From positions 90,325,126-90,389,125 of the forward strand of contig NC_090377.1 of the NCBI RefSeq assembly GCF_036365525.1: a stretch of 64,000 nucleotides of DNA, written 5' to 3'. Position 1 is the first letter of the stretch. Every line of letters starts with the position of its first letter. The DNA is from Heterodontus francisci (taxonomy: Eukaryota). This document shows positions 63,777 through 64,000 of the stretch, one piece after another. A program made the translations under genes and the position numbers. The notes beneath the pieces were generated by a model. That model saw nothing but the letters and a program-made list of their open reading frames with translations, was not told the DNA's origin and did not search any database.

Positions 63777-64000
63777 AATTTGCAAGAATACCAATGAAAG
63801 GGAAAGCAACAAATTTATAGTGTATGAGAAGAGAGTGCTGATTGGTTGGCAAGTGGACTCTGATTGAAGTGTTGCCATGGGGAATGCACCAGTTTATAGT
63901 GACTGGCAGTTAATTGCCAAGCTTTGTTCTGTAAGTTACATATATTAATACACAGGGCCCTGTTCTTTGCAAACACAAAGAACATGTGCACACATTGCTC

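Noticed and set aside
40588-64000. Further ANKAR exons downstream (and upstream of 13362)
   Set aside because: No ARM-like, splice-flanked frame found by eye; neighbouring exons probably lie outside the window

Overview
Vertebrate genomic DNA, almost certainly from a cartilaginous fish (HE1/V-SINE-type SINEs, CR1, Penelope and Harbinger content). The only host gene I can support is four internal, in-phase, plus-strand exons of an armadillo-repeat protein that I recognise as ANKAR (13362-13530, 15709-15950, 32800-32953, 40426-40587); everything else is intron packed with nested, mostly decayed transposable elements. These include: a retrovirus-like provirus with a possible env remnant (<1-~9110, minus) and a solo LTR of the same family; a Gmr1-type Gypsy (IN before RT); a complete-boundary GalEa-type Copia (46373-58599); a near-full-length CR1 with an esterase ORF1; a Penelope element plus many hammerhead-ribozyme-bearing termini; a LINE family whose single ORF is headed by a tRNA-like Pol III module; two-gene Harbinger remnants; hAT and Harbinger MITEs; an RTE; and SINEs. 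All assignments come from motifs, TSDs and termini read by eye plus recall of the families; no searches were run.
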